Positions 20,325 to 31,073 are shown, counted from the stretch's first letter. The stretch: DNA of 64,000 nucleotides from an uncultured Candidatus Saccharibacteria bacterium (GCA_964410185.1 CAYPFM010000003.1:85534-149533), one strand, 5' to 3'. Notes: generated from the letters alone by a model not told the origin. A program made the numbers and translations.

Positions 20325-20879
20325 CTATTTGTTGGAGCGTCGCACGGTTACAGCTAGTAAGGCTGCCAAGATAAAGAACGAGGCTGAGTACAAGAAAAGT
20401 GTTGAGTAAAGCTCAATCTTGTAGCCCTCGTTGAAGTAGACGTAAAAGTATCGAGTCGCCGCCATGACATACAGAGCCGTTGATAAAGCTGCGATACTAA
20501 AGATGACCCGGCGACTCATAAAGAGAACTGAGGCGACGATTGGAATAGCATAGAGAGCGACGCCACGGCTGGACATACCGCGTTCGGTGTAAATCATAAA
20601 GGTGGCAAAGGCTAGATCGACAGCGATAATCATGAACATCAGCACCCGATAATAGTTGGCTGAAGCCGTTTGGTTACGGCTCATAGCCCAGACCAAGGCT
20701 GAGACAATCAGCATGGCGCCAAACATCAACCAACGTTGCGAGGTCAGTTCACGGGTAACGAGGTTCCAGGCATCACTGCCCAGAATGAAGATGGCGAAGG
20801 CGCCACATAAGGCCATGTTAACCCGAGCCAGGCGAGTCGTGCCGGCTTGGAGTTGCCCCACCACTGAATTTTTACTCAT
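20325..20879 (-). CDS. Hypothetical polytopic membrane protein
   Basis: About 5 TM helices. The start is the internal ATG (MSKNSVVG), which overlaps the upstream gene's stop by 8 nt. Confidence 0.45.
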   Translation of the reverse strand: MSKNSVVGQLQAGTTRLARVNMALCGAFAIFILGSDAWNLVTRELTSQRWLMFGAMLIVSALVWAMSRNQTASANYYRVLMFMIIAVDLAFATFMIYTERGMSSRGVALYAIPIVASVLFMSRRVIFSIAALSTALYVMAATRYFYVYFNEGYKIELYSTLFLYSASFFILAALLAVTVRRSNK

Positions 20880-22167
20880 AGCGAAGCGCCTCGATTGGAT
20901 CCTTTCGGCTAGCGCGGCGGGCTGGCAGCGAGCCAGCCAAGAAAGCAATCACGACGATGATAATCACCACCGAAACCATCGATGTCCACGGGAAGGCCAG
21001 TAACTTGAAGCCCTCGAAGGACTTGAGGAAGGTTTTGGCCGCAATCTTGTTCAGTACATTACCGGCGATGTTAGCCAACCCAATCCCAATCAGGCTTCCC
21101 CAGAAGCCAATAAAGATTGCTTCAAGGCTAAACAGCATAAAGATCTTGCCGCGGCCCATGCCGAGGGCTTTCATCAAACCAATCTCGCGGGTTCGCTCCT
21201 GCACCGACATAAACAAGGTGTTGATAATACCAAAGCTGGCCGCCAATAAGGCGATACCACCAAAGATGTTCAAGGCCATGGTGACAGCGTTGAGGATCTG
21301 GTTGACGACACCGATCTGATCCTGAATAGTCTTGGCTTCAAAGCCAGCATCGGTAAAGCGTTGTTTGAGGGCGTCCTGTTCGGCTTGGCTGGCATTCGGG
21401 TTAAAGCGGGCGATCAGATAAACATAGGCCGGAGCCTTGGCAGCGATTACGCCCGTTTGCTGGTCGTAAACATCCTTGACCCAAATTGTCGAAGCGTTAA
21501 TACCACTACTGCCAATGAGTGTGCCACGCTGAACCCCAACGATGGTTGCAGTTTTAGTGAATTGTTGGCCAGTGGCGTCAGTAAAGCCAAAAGTAACCTT
21601 TTTACCAATCGCGGCTGCTGAGTTATCGCCCAAGCCAAGCGGCTTGAGATAGGTTTGCGGAATCGTAATCTCATCCTGTGAGTTGTTGTTAACCAGGCGG
21701 CCGGCATCGAGGTCGATGTTAAACCCATCGGTGTATTGGCTCACTTGGGTTTGGAACTTCTTATTCCCCACGGTCATGAAGTCCGGCTTAATGGTATAGG
21801 TCTTAACCACGGCTTTAACGCCGTCAATGCTAGCAATCTTGGTGACATCTTTGTCGGTCATGTACACCGAGCCCGGCGGCCCATTGACTTGCTCGGTCAC
21901 CTTTTGACGGTCGGGGTTGTATTCGGTCAAGCCATTATTGGCCTCTTTGGTGGCCTTGTCCTGGTCGCGCGCCACGACAAACAGGCTGTCCTTGGCGCCA
22001 ACGTTACCCAGCTGAACATTCACATAGCTTTTAATGCCATCACCGACACCGTTGGTCATGGTCAGAGTAAAGGCGCCGATTACCACGGCGGTAATCGTCA
22101 GAAAGGTGCGCAGCTTGCTTTTACGCAAGTTGGCGTTAGCCGTAAAGATAATGTCGCGGTATTTCAT
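20872..22167 (-). CDS. ABC transporter permease, FtsX/MacB type
   Basis: 431 aa with an N-terminal TM, a large extracytoplasmic domain and a C-terminal 3-TM FtsX domain. Confidence 0.8.
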   Translation of the reverse strand: MKYRDIIFTANANLRKSKLRTFLTITAVVIGAFTLTMTNGVGDGIKSYVNVQLGNVGAKDSLFVVARDQDKATKEANNGLTEYNPDRQKVTEQVNGPPGSVYMTDKDVTKIASIDGVKAVVKTYTIKPDFMTVGNKKFQTQVSQYTDGFNIDLDAGRLVNNNSQDEITIPQTYLKPLGLGDNSAAAIGKKVTFGFTDATGQQFTKTATIVGVQRGTLIGSSGINASTIWVKDVYDQQTGVIAAKAPAYVYLIARFNPNASQAEQDALKQRFTDAGFEAKTIQDQIGVVNQILNAVTMALNIFGGIALLAASFGIINTLFMSVQERTREIGLMKALGMGRGKIFMLFSLEAIFIGFWGSLIGIGLANIAGNVLNKIAAKTFLKSFEGFKLLAFPWTSMVSVVIIIVVIAFLAGSLPARRASRKDPIEALRYE

Positions 22168-22868
22168 TACTTGCGACCTTTCTTGGCATCATCAATAATC
22201 AAGCCATCTTTAATGTAAACCTGTCGCTGACAGCGCTTGGCTAAGTCTTCGTCGTGAGTTACAAAAATGAGCGTGATGCCCTTGGTTTTGTTGAGATCAA
22301 ATAATAGGTCTTCGATCTTTTTACCAGTGGCGGTGTCCAGGTTGCCAGTTGGCTCATCAGCAAAAATAATCTTAGGGTTGTTGATTAAGGCACGAGCAAT
22401 ACAAACGCGTTGCTTCTGGCCACCACTCAAGTTCGTTGCCTTGTTGTTGGCCTTATCCTCAAGCTCGACAGCCTTGAGCACTTCCATGCCGCGCTTTTTG
22501 CGGGCCCGCGACGAAATGCCAGCAATCTTGAGCGGCAAAATCACGTTGTTAAGAACTGACTCGTCGCCGTTCAAAAAGAATTGCTGAAAGACAAAACCAA
22601 ACTCCTGGTTGCGAAGCTTGTCGACTTTTTTGCGCTTGAGTTGAGAAGCATTGGTACCATTTAGGGTCACGGAACCGCTGGATGGCGTGTCCAATAAGGC
22701 CAGCAAGTGCATCAGGGTGGATTTACCGGAACCTGACTTACCGATGACGGCGACGACTTCGCCTTCTTTAATTGATAAGCTAACACCTTTAAGAGCCGAG
22801 AAAGCGCTTTCGCCCTTTCCGTAGGTTTTGACAATATTTTTGGCAGCAATGACTTCAGACATAAGCAT
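22167..22868 (-). CDS. ABC transporter ATP-binding protein (MacB/LolD-like), partner of the FtsX permease
   Basis: [11 protein letters not shown] Walker [10 protein letters not shown] signature and IIFADEPT Walker B. Confidence 0.9.
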   Translation of the reverse strand: MLMSEVIAAKNIVKTYGKGESAFSALKGVSLSIKEGEVVAVIGKSGSGKSTLMHLLALLDTPSSGSVTLNGTNASQLKRKKVDKLRNQEFGFVFQQFFLNGDESVLNNVILPLKIAGISSRARKKRGMEVLKAVELEDKANNKATNLSGGQKQRVCIARALINNPKIIFADEPTGNLDTATGKKIEDLLFDLNKTKGITLIFVTHDEDLAKRCQRQVYIKDGLIIDDAKKGRK

Positions 22869-22895
22869 TAGTATACAGGAGTCGCGGGCCGGCGC

Positions 22896-24701
22896 CTACC
22901 AGCCGCCACCACCTCCACCACCACCGCCGCCGCCCGAGAAGCCGCCCGAAAAACCACTGGAGCTGGAGCTTGCTGGTGGCGCGAAGCTGGCCATGGTAGC
23001 CGTGCCAAAAGAGTTCATCGAATCAATCAAATACAAGGTGTTAAAGGTATTCCAGTTGCCTTGGTACCAGTCGGGTGGCTGCTGATAAATGTCTTTGAAC
23101 TCGCTAGCCCAGCCTTTTTCGAGACCAAAGATCATGGCGTAGGGCAGTAATTTTTCGAACAACTTAACCTTGGTTTCCGGCTTGGATGGGTCACCCCACT
23201 GCTTGACTCCTTCGGGGCTCTGCAGGTACTTGAGGCGGTCAGCCTCGGCAATCTGAATGAAGTCCCTCAGACCAAGTAGATAATCTCGAGCCTCGACCCC
23301 CTTCGGACCACGGGCCGGCATCTTGGAGGCAGCAATCATAAGGATGATGCCGCTCAATACCAAACCAATGATGAGGCCAAGGAAGACGATGGAGACCTTA
23401 AAGAACAAGAAGCTTGAGATCATGGCAACGACAAAACAGCCCGCACCCCAGGCTCGGTAGCGGCTGGTCACTTTGGCTGGGTCATTCAAGAAATAACCCT
23501 TGGTAAATAATTCTTTGGGGACAGAGCTAGCCAAGGCCTGCATGCTGACGTAGGCCTTTTTACTGATGTCTTTGAGGTTGACAGTGCGAGCCTCAGTGCC
23601 TGTTACTGTGCCAAAGAGCATGGAGTGAATCGTCTGTTCTTCGGCAGTAAGGCCGTCGGCTGGCTTGAGCATTTCAACTTGGTAGTCGGTTTTGGTGCCA
23701 CCGAACGCCTTCTTTGTTTCGGTACCATGGATGGCAATCACACCCTTAATCGCCAGCTCGATAATCAGCGCGGTAATAGCTTGGTTACGAACTTTTTCGT
23801 GCAGCATGGTGTCACTGGTTAGGGCGTTAAAGCCCGAGGGCGGCGTATATTGCGGAACAATTGTCCCCCTCCCCTTGCTGTCACGGCCGTATTTGCGCCA
23901 TTTGTAGACTACTAAAATTAATACCGCCAGTGGCAAGCCCAATACAAGGCCAAACATGACCAGCCCAGCGATCGCCTGGGCGCGGTAGGCTGCCTTATCA
24001 ATCGAAAATGTTCCCTTATTAAAGGCCAAAACGTAAGACAGGTTGCCCCCGGCAGGCAAATTGGTAGCCTGGGTAGTTACCACGGTTTCGTCGGGGCTAG
24101 AAGTACGGGTGATCGTACAGTCCTGGCTGGTCGAACCAGCAACGCCACTAAAACACTTCTGTTGCTCTTGCAGGCTGCTGGCGAGATAAGCTGGGATATG
24201 CACCCGGGCGGTAACCTCATTAATGGGCTGCAGCCACTCGGTACCGTTGACGTCCCAATACAGCTCATCATGTCCATCAGGGAATGAAATCGGGTTCTTG
24301 AGGGTGTAGCTAATGTGATAGGTGGTTGGCCCGTGCACATAGGTGCTGGCATCACCTATCTTCAATACCAGGTTGTCGTTGCTGCTACTGGTGCTGTACT
24401 TATATGGACGGCCGCTGTCGTTGGTGATACTTTGGATGCGTATATCCAAGGGTTGGTTTTTATAGGCTTTTGGGATGGCTCGCAACAAGCCATGGTTCTG
24501 GTCGTAGCTTGGGAAAACGGCCACGATGGTTTCGTCTATCTTGAGCGTAGGTAAGTTCTGGTCGGTACGCCCCAGGTGCTGTTCTGATGTAAACGAGGTG
24601 ATGTCAAAATCCTGGGTCGAGGCGTGGACAGGGTGGGTCAGTCCCAGCAAAATAGTCAGTAGTAAGAGGCTTGTCGCCAGGCCGGTTAGTAATCGTTTCA
24701 T
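22896..24701 (-). CDS. DUF2207-type membrane protein with C-terminal poly-Gly/Ser tail
   Basis: Signal peptide MKRLLTGLATSLLLL, a large extracytoplasmic domain, TM helices and a tail of 13 consecutive Gly (SGFSGGFSGGGGGGGGGGGW). The start is the internal ATG. Confidence 0.6.
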   Translation of the reverse strand: MKRLLTGLATSLLLLTILLGLTHPVHASTQDFDITSFTSEQHLGRTDQNLPTLKIDETIVAVFPSYDQNHGLLRAIPKAYKNQPLDIRIQSITNDSGRPYKYSTSSSNDNLVLKIGDASTYVHGPTTYHISYTLKNPISFPDGHDELYWDVNGTEWLQPINEVTARVHIPAYLASSLQEQQKCFSGVAGSTSQDCTITRTSSPDETVVTTQATNLPAGGNLSYVLAFNKGTFSIDKAAYRAQAIAGLVMFGLVLGLPLAVLILVVYKWRKYGRDSKGRGTIVPQYTPPSGFNALTSDTMLHEKVRNQAITALIIELAIKGVIAIHGTETKKAFGGTKTDYQVEMLKPADGLTAEEQTIHSMLFGTVTGTEARTVNLKDISKKAYVSMQALASSVPKELFTKGYFLNDPAKVTSRYRAWGAGCFVVAMISSFLFFKVSIVFLGLIIGLVLSGIILMIAASKMPARGPKGVEARDYLLGLRDFIQIAEADRLKYLQSPEGVKQWGDPSKPETKVKLFEKLLPYAMIFGLEKGWASEFKDIYQQPPDWYQGNWNTFNTLYLIDSMNSFGTATMASFAPPASSSSSGFSGGFSGGGGGGGGGGGW

Positions 24702-24757
24702 GACTCTATTGTACAGCTCATGCTTGCTATATTCTGTAAGTTTTGTAGATTTAGGAT

Positions 24758-25180
24758 ATGGGCTTCTTTGACGACTTACAGGCCGAGCGTGCCTTGCGGC
24801 AGCAACAAGCGCCAACTATCAACGCCTTGAAACCTTCGGGCGAAATTCTTGAGGGCTTACAGACCCTCGGCTTTACCGCGCCATTTGTTGGGAACGTCGC
24901 CTTGCGGACCGAGGCGCAGGCCACAGCCTTCTGGCAGGCAGAGCCGACGACACGTAATGAGGTACCCCTCCTGGTAGCAACCTATCGGATGCGTACCGGA
25001 CCGGAGCTTGGTGCCGGTTGGTCGTACGGCATTATTGGCTTGGATGAGCTAACCGCTGCTTCCAACCCCACCGAGTTAATCCTTGATGTAGCACAGTTCA
25101 CGCAGACACCAGACGGAACGAGCCAACAACTAAAACATATCCTCCCGGCACTCCTCGACGTAGCCGGAGCCAGCAATTGA
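24758..25180 (+). CDS. Hypothetical protein (140 aa)
   Basis: Intact ORF, divergent from the DUF2207 gene. Confidence 0.4.
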   Translation: MGFFDDLQAERALRQQQAPTINALKPSGEILEGLQTLGFTAPFVGNVALRTEAQATAFWQAEPTTRNEVPLLVATYRMRTGPELGAGWSYGIIGLDELTAASNPTELILDVAQFTQTPDGTSQQLKHILPALLDVAGASN

Positions 25181-25215
25181 CATATTAGCACTTTTCTTGT
25201 AAAATAATACTCATT

Positions 25216-25632
25216 ATGACAGATTCTGGTGAAGGTAGTTTCTCGCGTGCCTCAATTGACGGCAAGCTGGAAGATTATGACAGTGAGATAGCGCAACGGG
25301 GCCATGTAATCCTCGGCTTTAGCTATCAACGAGCCAAGGATCACAGCCCGATCACGATGCTTGATTTGGCCGCTGACTGTGGCTTAGACGAAACCGTGCC
25401 AATCGGTGTCGAAGAAGTTGTCGATGGCGAGTGGATCACCGAAACCTGGGCACTCTCAGACGCCAGCGACGAAGCTTCGTTGGCTGCCGCGCAGGACGTC
25501 TACGCCGAATTCTTAACGCAAGTTAAGATTCTTGCTGATCGCGGCTTTGCCAAAATCCATTTTGAGCTGCCCGAGGGCGAGGCCGGCGACAACTACTTTT
25601 ATTTCCCCCCACCGCCACCAAGCGTACAATAG
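25216..25632 (+). CDS. Hypothetical acidic protein (138 aa) ending in a poly-Pro tail
   Basis: Intact ORF with coding-like composition. Confidence 0.4.
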   Translation: MTDSGEGSFSRASIDGKLEDYDSEIAQRGHVILGFSYQRAKDHSPITMLDLAADCGLDETVPIGVEEVVDGEWITETWALSDASDEASLAAAQDVYAEFLTQVKILADRGFAKIHFELPEGEAGDNYFYFPPPPPSVQ

Positions 25633-25636
25633 GTTT

Positions 25637-26179
25637 ATGCCGCATCTTCATACCAAGCCCGGACAGCACGACCAGACGGCCAGCGCCTTTATTGTTCGAA
25701 CCGATGGACCGGAGTGGCGCTTAATGTTGCACTGGCACAAAAAGCTCAACTACTGGCTGCAATTTGGTGGCCATGTCGAACTGCACGAGAACCCTTGGCA
25801 GGCGATTACCCATGAACTTTTGGAAGAATCTGGTTACCAACTCAGTCAGCTAAAACTACTGCAACCCAAGCAGCGCCTACGGGTTACTACCGACTCCGAT
25901 ATGCATCCAGTCCCCTTTTATGACCAAACACATCATCTTCCCGACCCCATTCTTAAAGAACATCACCACACCGACCGTGGCTATGTCTTCTTTACCGACC
26001 AAGAACCGCTTGGTACGGTTGCCGAAGGCGAATCATTACGCTTTAAACTGTTTACACTCGCTGAATTGCGTCAACTAAGCGTCAAAGAAACGCCTGCCGA
26101 CATACTAGAAATTGGTGAATACGTCCTTGGCATCAACCTCGACGATTGGACCCTCGAAAACGCCACCGACCAGTGTTAA
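25637..26179 (+). CDS. NUDIX hydrolase
   Basis: Nudix box GGHVELHENPWQAITHELLEESGY. The start is ATG MPHLH, immediately after the previous stop. Confidence 0.75.
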   Translation: MPHLHTKPGQHDQTASAFIVRTDGPEWRLMLHWHKKLNYWLQFGGHVELHENPWQAITHELLEESGYQLSQLKLLQPKQRLRVTTDSDMHPVPFYDQTHHLPDPILKEHHHTDRGYVFFTDQEPLGTVAEGESLRFKLFTLAELRQLSVKETPADILEIGEYVLGINLDDWTLENATDQC

Positions 26180-26218
26180 GACCTTGTTATTTTTCTCGTT
26201 TTGTGACATAATTACAAC

Positions 26219-26698
26219 ATGTCAAAAGAAAATTTTCCTATTCTCGCTAGTATGGAGTTTGCCGATGCGCTCAGTGAGCCCTTTCGGCCAGCTACTGACC
26301 TCGCCGAAGGCACACATACGATGGCGCGACTGGCGCGTGCAACCCGCGAAAAGGGTCTTCAGGATAGCGGCCGCGCAGATGTCTTGGGCGCCTGGAAGTA
26401 CCAACCGTCTTGGGGTGGCGGCGCAATTGCTACGGCCTACTTCTTCCGCCCCACTACGCAGGAAATTGAAGTCCTTGCCGGTGTGTCTGTGGAAGCCGAC
26501 CAAACCAGCCTCCGTATCGGTAATGGTTCCGTGTATCACATTCCTGGCGTTGCCAACACGGCTGATTTAAATCTACGGGCCGAGACAGAGACGCTTGTGC
26601 TTGAACACAAGTACGACCTCGCGCTCGGCGAAAAACTGTCGGCAGCCCGGCTGGTAATCGCCCAGTACGCGCAAGACTTTTTTGACCAGCTAGCCTAG
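26219..26698 (+). CDS. Hypothetical protein (159 aa)
   Basis: Intact ORF. No recognised domain. Confidence 0.4.
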   Translation: MSKENFPILASMEFADALSEPFRPATDLAEGTHTMARLARATREKGLQDSGRADVLGAWKYQPSWGGGAIATAYFFRPTTQEIEVLAGVSVEADQTSLRIGNGSVYHIPGVANTADLNLRAETETLVLEHKYDLALGEKLSAARLVIAQYAQDFFDQLA

Positions 26699-27000
26699 TC
26701 CTTTTTGGGTGACTCTGGGGCTGGCGGTTCGATGGCTGCTGGCGTTGTTGCAACAGGCGGCGCTGGCGCTGCGATGGCCTTACCGCGTTCACGATAAATC
26801 GCAAAGTAGTAGGCAATGGCGCCAATTTGGCCAACCACTAATAACAAGACAATCCAAAGGATTTTTTCGTTTTCGTCGTGCCAGTTGGTGCGCTTCAGTA
26901 CGTCAATCAGCATAAAGACCCACAAGGCGATACCGCCGACAATTAACACCATCAAGGCTGTCCAGAAGAAAAATACAAATAAGATTAGTAGTATGGCCAT
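26695..27000 (-). CDS. PLD-nuclease N-terminal (PLDc_N) small membrane protein
   Basis: 101 aa with two TM helices and a conserved W/Y-rich pattern (ILWIVLLLVVGQIGAIAYYF). Lies adjacent to the cardiolipin synthase gene. Confidence 0.6.
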   Translation of the reverse strand: MAILLILFVFFFWTALMVLIVGGIALWVFMLIDVLKRTNWHDENEKILWIVLLLVVGQIGAIAYYFAIYRERGKAIAAPAPPVATTPAAIEPPAPESPKKD

Positions 27001-27025
27001 GTTAGCTCGATTGTATCACAGATGT

Positions 27026-28501
27026 TTACTGAAGAGCTGATGTTAAGCGGGCGATGTTATCCATCAAGTTCTGAAGTTTTGGTCGCTTCAACCATTGTTT
27101 AAGCTGAATCTCGGTGGACTTGGCCAAGTACTGGGCTTCAATCTTTTGCAATTCTTTGACGACCTTATGGTCGTAGGCAATCAGGGTGACTTCCAAATCT
27201 AAGAAGAAAGAGCGCAGGTCGAGGTTACTGGAGCCAATCGTAGCCACTTCGTCATCGACGGTCATAAACTTAGAGTGCAGCAGGATTGGCGCTTTATAGA
27301 GGTAAATCTTAACACCAGCGCGCAAAAATGGCTCGTAGAAGGAGCGCTGAGCATGTCCGACCATCCACTGATCCATGGCTTCGGAGTTGATCATAATCAC
27401 CTCGACGCCGCGGTGGGTGGCGCTCGTAATGGCGTTCGTTAAGGCATCGTCGGGAACAAAATACGGGTTCACAATCACGATGCGCTTTTGGGCTAAATGA
27501 ATTAAAGCGGTGAAGAGTTTGAGGTTGTTCTCGTCATCATAACCAGGTCCGCTCGGCAAAACTTGGGCCAACGAGTCACCGTGCCTTTCGATTTTAGCAG
27601 GGACTTTACTGCTGTCGTCGTAGTCCAGCAAGACGCCCGTTTCCGAAAACCAGTCAGACACAAAAACGGCCGCTAGCTGCATGGCGATTGGGCCCTTGAG
27701 GCGCACCACCATTTCGTCATAATAAATGTCGTCCTTGCGGTGGTAGTCGCGCTGCACTAGGTTCTGTGAACCGGTGTAGCCAATTTCGCCATCAATCACC
27801 ACCAACTTGCGGTGGTTGCGCAGATCGGGGCGCACATAGCCCTTGCCGGGAAACTTGAGGGCCAACATTGGCTGCACCAGTACGCCATCATCAATTAAGC
27901 GCTGTTTCATCTCCTTGTGCTTAGGATAACGATTGGTCGACAGCGAGTCATACATAACCCGGACGACCAGCCCCCGCTGAACGGCCCGAGCCAGGGCATC
28001 AAAAATCGGCATCGTAATGTCATCGAGGGCAATGATGAAGTACTCCAGGTGAACGAAATTTTTGGCGGCATCAATGTCTTTGACGATACTGGCAATAACG
28101 TCGTTGTACTCTGGCAGCACATCAATTTTGTTACCCGAGAAGACCGGCAGCCCACCCAATGATTCGCTCAATCGGGCCAACGGCACGTATTTGGCGGGAG
28201 CCTGGGCATTTAATAGTACGTCGTGTTTTTTCTGGAAGCTTTTCAGGGCTTTTTTAATGATCTTATCGAGCGTTTTCTGAGCATTACGCCGTGACTTTGG
28301 CAACTTGGGACTGCCCAGAATAATAAAGATCAGCATACCAAAGGTTGGTACCAAAAAGATTAGCAGCAACCAAGCCATGCCGACACTAGGCTTGCGATTG
28401 CGCGGCACGATAAACAGCGCCACGATCCGTATTGACCAGTCCAAAATGAACCACAACGTACCACCAAAACTTATTAACCCAAAGCCATCAAAGCCAAACA
28501 T
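27026..28501 (-). CDS. cls: Cardiolipin synthase
   Basis: N-terminal TM helices and two HKD motifs (HRKLVVIDGEIGYTGSQN and HSKFMTVDDEVATIGSSN). Confidence 0.9.
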   Translation of the reverse strand: MFGFDGFGLISFGGTLWFILDWSIRIVALFIVPRNRKPSVGMAWLLLIFLVPTFGMLIFIILGSPKLPKSRRNAQKTLDKIIKKALKSFQKKHDVLLNAQAPAKYVPLARLSESLGGLPVFSGNKIDVLPEYNDVIASIVKDIDAAKNFVHLEYFIIALDDITMPIFDALARAVQRGLVVRVMYDSLSTNRYPKHKEMKQRLIDDGVLVQPMLALKFPGKGYVRPDLRNHRKLVVIDGEIGYTGSQNLVQRDYHRKDDIYYDEMVVRLKGPIAMQLAAVFVSDWFSETGVLLDYDDSSKVPAKIERHGDSLAQVLPSGPGYDDENNLKLFTALIHLAQKRIVIVNPYFVPDDALTNAITSATHRGVEVIMINSEAMDQWMVGHAQRSFYEPFLRAGVKIYLYKAPILLHSKFMTVDDEVATIGSSNLDLRSFFLDLEVTLIAYDHKVVKELQKIEAQYLAKSTEIQLKQWLKRPKLQNLMDNIARLTSALQ

Positions 28502-28585
28502 GTCTGTATCTCCTAAAATATTAGTTACATGATAGCAGAGTTGCATGCGGCAACGGGCCATGTTACTATCCAAGCGTTAACAATT

Positions 28586-28736
28586 TAAACATATAAAGAG
28601 TGCAGCGAGAGTCCTAGCTCGTCGACCTGCCAGCAACCTACCCTCCGGGCAAGGTGCTCCATCTAGACCCGACATTGTCGGGAAAGATATGATACATCTC
28701 TTATCCTTTCCGGCATATTGTCAGAAAGGTTTTTTA
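28586..28736 (+). ncRNA. SAM-I (S-box) riboswitch with intrinsic terminator ahead of metK
   Basis: The 5' UTR aligns closely to the B. subtilis metK S-box: AUAAAGAG..GCAGCGAGAG...CCAGCAACC...CAAGGUGCU..AUCUAGA...GGGAAAGAUAUGA. The P1 halves CAUAU/AUAUG pair. It is followed by a CCUUUCC...GAAAGG stem plus UUUUUU that abuts the metK ATG. Confidence 0.7.
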
Positions 28737-29864
28737 ATGCCCCAAAACAATAAGCCCTTAACAACCCTATTTACCAGCGAGTCGGTTTGCGCCGGCCACC
28801 CAGACAAAATCGCCGACCGTATTAGCGATGCTATCTTGGATGCTATCTTGGAACAAGATCGTCATGCCCGCACTGGCATCGAGACGATTGCGGGCGCTAA
28901 CCGCGTCTGCCTGTTCGGCGAAATTAACACCACCGCTGAGATTGACTTTGTGGCTATCGCCCGTCAAGCCATCCGTGACCTTGGCTACACCAATCCCGAC
29001 TGGGGTTTTTCGGACCAGTCGCCAATCGAAAACTTCATTCACCACCAGTCGCTCGAAATCGCTCAAGGTACCAATGACGACACTGGCGCTGGCGACCAAG
29101 GCATGATGTTTGGTTTTGCCATCGATGAGACGCCGGAATTGATGCCGCTGCCGATTGCCCTCGCCCACGCGCTCACCCGCCGCTTAGACGAAGTTCGCGA
29201 GAAAGGTATCGTCTCGTTCGTCCGACCGGACGGCAAAAGCCAAGTAACCGTGGAATACCAGGATGCCAAACCGGTTGGCGTGAAAACAGTGGTGGTAGCC
29301 ACGGCACACGACGAAGCCACCTCAGAAAAAAACGTCAAAGCCGCCATCTATAAAGAAGTGGTGACGCCGGTTTTGAAAGACTACGGCTTTGCAATACCGG
29401 CCAAGGATTTAATCGTCAACGGCACCGGCCTCTGGCACATCCCTGGCCCAGACAGTGATGCCGGCCTGACCGGCCGCAAGATCGTGGTCGACACCTACGG
29501 CGGCTATGCCCGTGTTGGTGGCGGTGCTTTTAGCGGCAAAGACCCCAGCAAGGTTGACCGCAGCGGTGCCTATGCGGCACGATACATCGCCAAGAACATC
29601 GTGGCCGCCGGACTGGCTAGCAAGTGTGAGGTCGGTTTGGCCTACGTTATCGGTCAGGCTAAGCCACTCATGAAGACTATCGACGTCTTTGGCACCGGCA
29701 ATGTGCCGCAAGCGGAAATTGAATCGTTTGCCGACGGCCTACTCGATACGTCGGTTAAGGGAATTGTTACCAAGCTGGACTTGCGCCGACCGATCTACCA
29801 GCAAACCAGCGCCTATGGACACTTTGGAAAAGCTGGCCTGCCGTGGGAAGTTGTGCGGGCTTAA
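28737..29864 (+). CDS. metK: S-adenosylmethionine synthetase
   Basis: [20 protein letters not shown] and [19 protein letters not shown] motifs. The start is ATG MPQNN. Confidence 0.95.
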   Translation: MPQNNKPLTTLFTSESVCAGHPDKIADRISDAILDAILEQDRHARTGIETIAGANRVCLFGEINTTAEIDFVAIARQAIRDLGYTNPDWGFSDQSPIENFIHHQSLEIAQGTNDDTGAGDQGMMFGFAIDETPELMPLPIALAHALTRRLDEVREKGIVSFVRPDGKSQVTVEYQDAKPVGVKTVVVATAHDEATSEKNVKAAIYKEVVTPVLKDYGFAIPAKDLIVNGTGLWHIPGPDSDAGLTGRKIVVDTYGGYARVGGGAFSGKDPSKVDRSGAYAARYIAKNIVAAGLASKCEVGLAYVIGQAKPLMKTIDVFGTGNVPQAEIESFADGLLDTSVKGIVTKLDLRRPIYQQTSAYGHFGKAGLPWEVVRA

Positions 29865-29865
29865 T

Positions 29866-30618
29866 TTATAAGAAATACTTTTCGCTAATCTGGGCTAGGC
29901 CGTCTTCATGCACCGAAGGACCAATCTCGTCAGCTTGTTCTTTCAAGACGGTTTGGGCATTACCGATAGCAATCCGATGACCGGTCGCTTTAAAAATCGG
30001 CAGGTCATTGGCACTATCGCCAACACCAATCACTTCGGACTTATTAAGACCTAGGGAATCAATCAATACTTCAATGCTGTGCTGCTTGGTAGCCTCGGCA
30101 TGCGTAATGTGAACATCAACCATGTTAGCAGTCCATGAGGGTGTGGTGTGGGCAATTGTGTCGGGAATTTTGGCGATATCGTCAACCAGTTTAGCGGCCT
30201 GCCCTGCTGGCACCGAGAGGGCGTAAACGACCGAGGCGGTATGTTTGTGCTTACGATATTCTGTAAGCGGAATGGCTGCTGAAATAGGGTTAACGTCCAG
30301 CAGGGTTTCTGATTGATACTTGGCAACTTGTTCGAGGATGGCCTCAATCTGAGTAATCGACATCGACTTACTCCAAATAATTTCATCCGTTTTGGGGTTG
30401 ATAATTGCCGTGCCAGCCGAAAGCACACTTGGTGCGACGAGGCCGAGACTGGTGAAGATAGGACGGGCGACCTCATACGAACGACCGGTTGCCGCCGACA
30501 CATTAACCGTCTTCTGGGCCGCTGCAATCGCCGCCTGCAAGCGAGAACTGGCGGTCATACTGCCAAGTGGCACCGCCGTACCATCAATGTCAAAAACAAT
30601 TGCCCTGTACTTCATCAC
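29866..30618 (-). CDS. Cof-type HAD-IIB family hydrolase
   Basis: FDIDGT motif I, with C-terminal GDSANDLPIF motifs III/IV. Confidence 0.8.
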   Translation of the reverse strand: MMKYRAIVFDIDGTAVPLGSMTASSRLQAAIAAAQKTVNVSAATGRSYEVARPIFTSLGLVAPSVLSAGTAIINPKTDEIIWSKSMSITQIEAILEQVAKYQSETLLDVNPISAAIPLTEYRKHKHTASVVYALSVPAGQAAKLVDDIAKIPDTIAHTTPSWTANMVDVHITHAEATKQHSIEVLIDSLGLNKSEVIGVGDSANDLPIFKATGHRIAIGNAQTVLKEQADEIGPSVHEDGLAQISEKYFL

Positions 30619-31073
30619 ACTATCATAACAGATGTGGGGGTGCTAAAAATGACCTTGGCTAGCTCCGCTTTGTCATAGGTCGGGTTGGTGTCGGCTGCCA
30701 GGAACTCCTCCTTGGTGAACCAGGCCCACTTTTCGACGTGCTCGGTTTTGGTGATTTGATCGGCTGGAACCGTTACCTTAAAGTAGATGTTCATGCGTGG
30801 GATGCCATCAACAATCTTGCCGATGTTGTAATGAGCAATTTCAAAGTCACACGAGATAGATGCTGCTGGGACACCAAGCTCTTCTTGGAGCTCCCGTACC
30901 AGGCTGGTTTGGATTGTTTCGCCATAATCGACACCACCACCGGGTACTGCCCACCACCTGTCAACATCGTATTCTTTGACCAGCAAAACTTTTTGGTCCT
31001 GCACAACCAAAGCGCGGGCGGCCACGCGGTAGAGGCAATCATCAATATCACTAAGGCGGGGATCAGGTTGCAT
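30615..31073 (-). CDS. NUDIX hydrolase
   Basis: Nudix box PGGGVDYGETIQTSLVRELQEELGV. The conserved leaderless promoter motif lies immediately upstream. Confidence 0.8.
   Translation of the reverse strand: MQPDPRLSDIDDCLYRVAARALVVQDQKVLLVKEYDVDRWWAVPGGGVDYGETIQTSLVRELQEELGVPAASISCDFEIAHYNIGKIVDGIPRMNIYFKVTVPADQITKTEHVEKWAWFTKEEFLAADTNPTYDKAELAKVIFSTPTSVMIV

Noticed and set aside
22896-22990. Short-period repeats (ccaccacctccaccaccaccgccgccgcc...) examined as a possible CRISPR array or tandem repeat
   Set aside because: Period of 3-6 nt with no spacers. It is the coding sequence for the poly-Gly/Ser tail of the DUF2207-type protein. No CRISPR-like repeat-spacer structure was found anywhere in the window.
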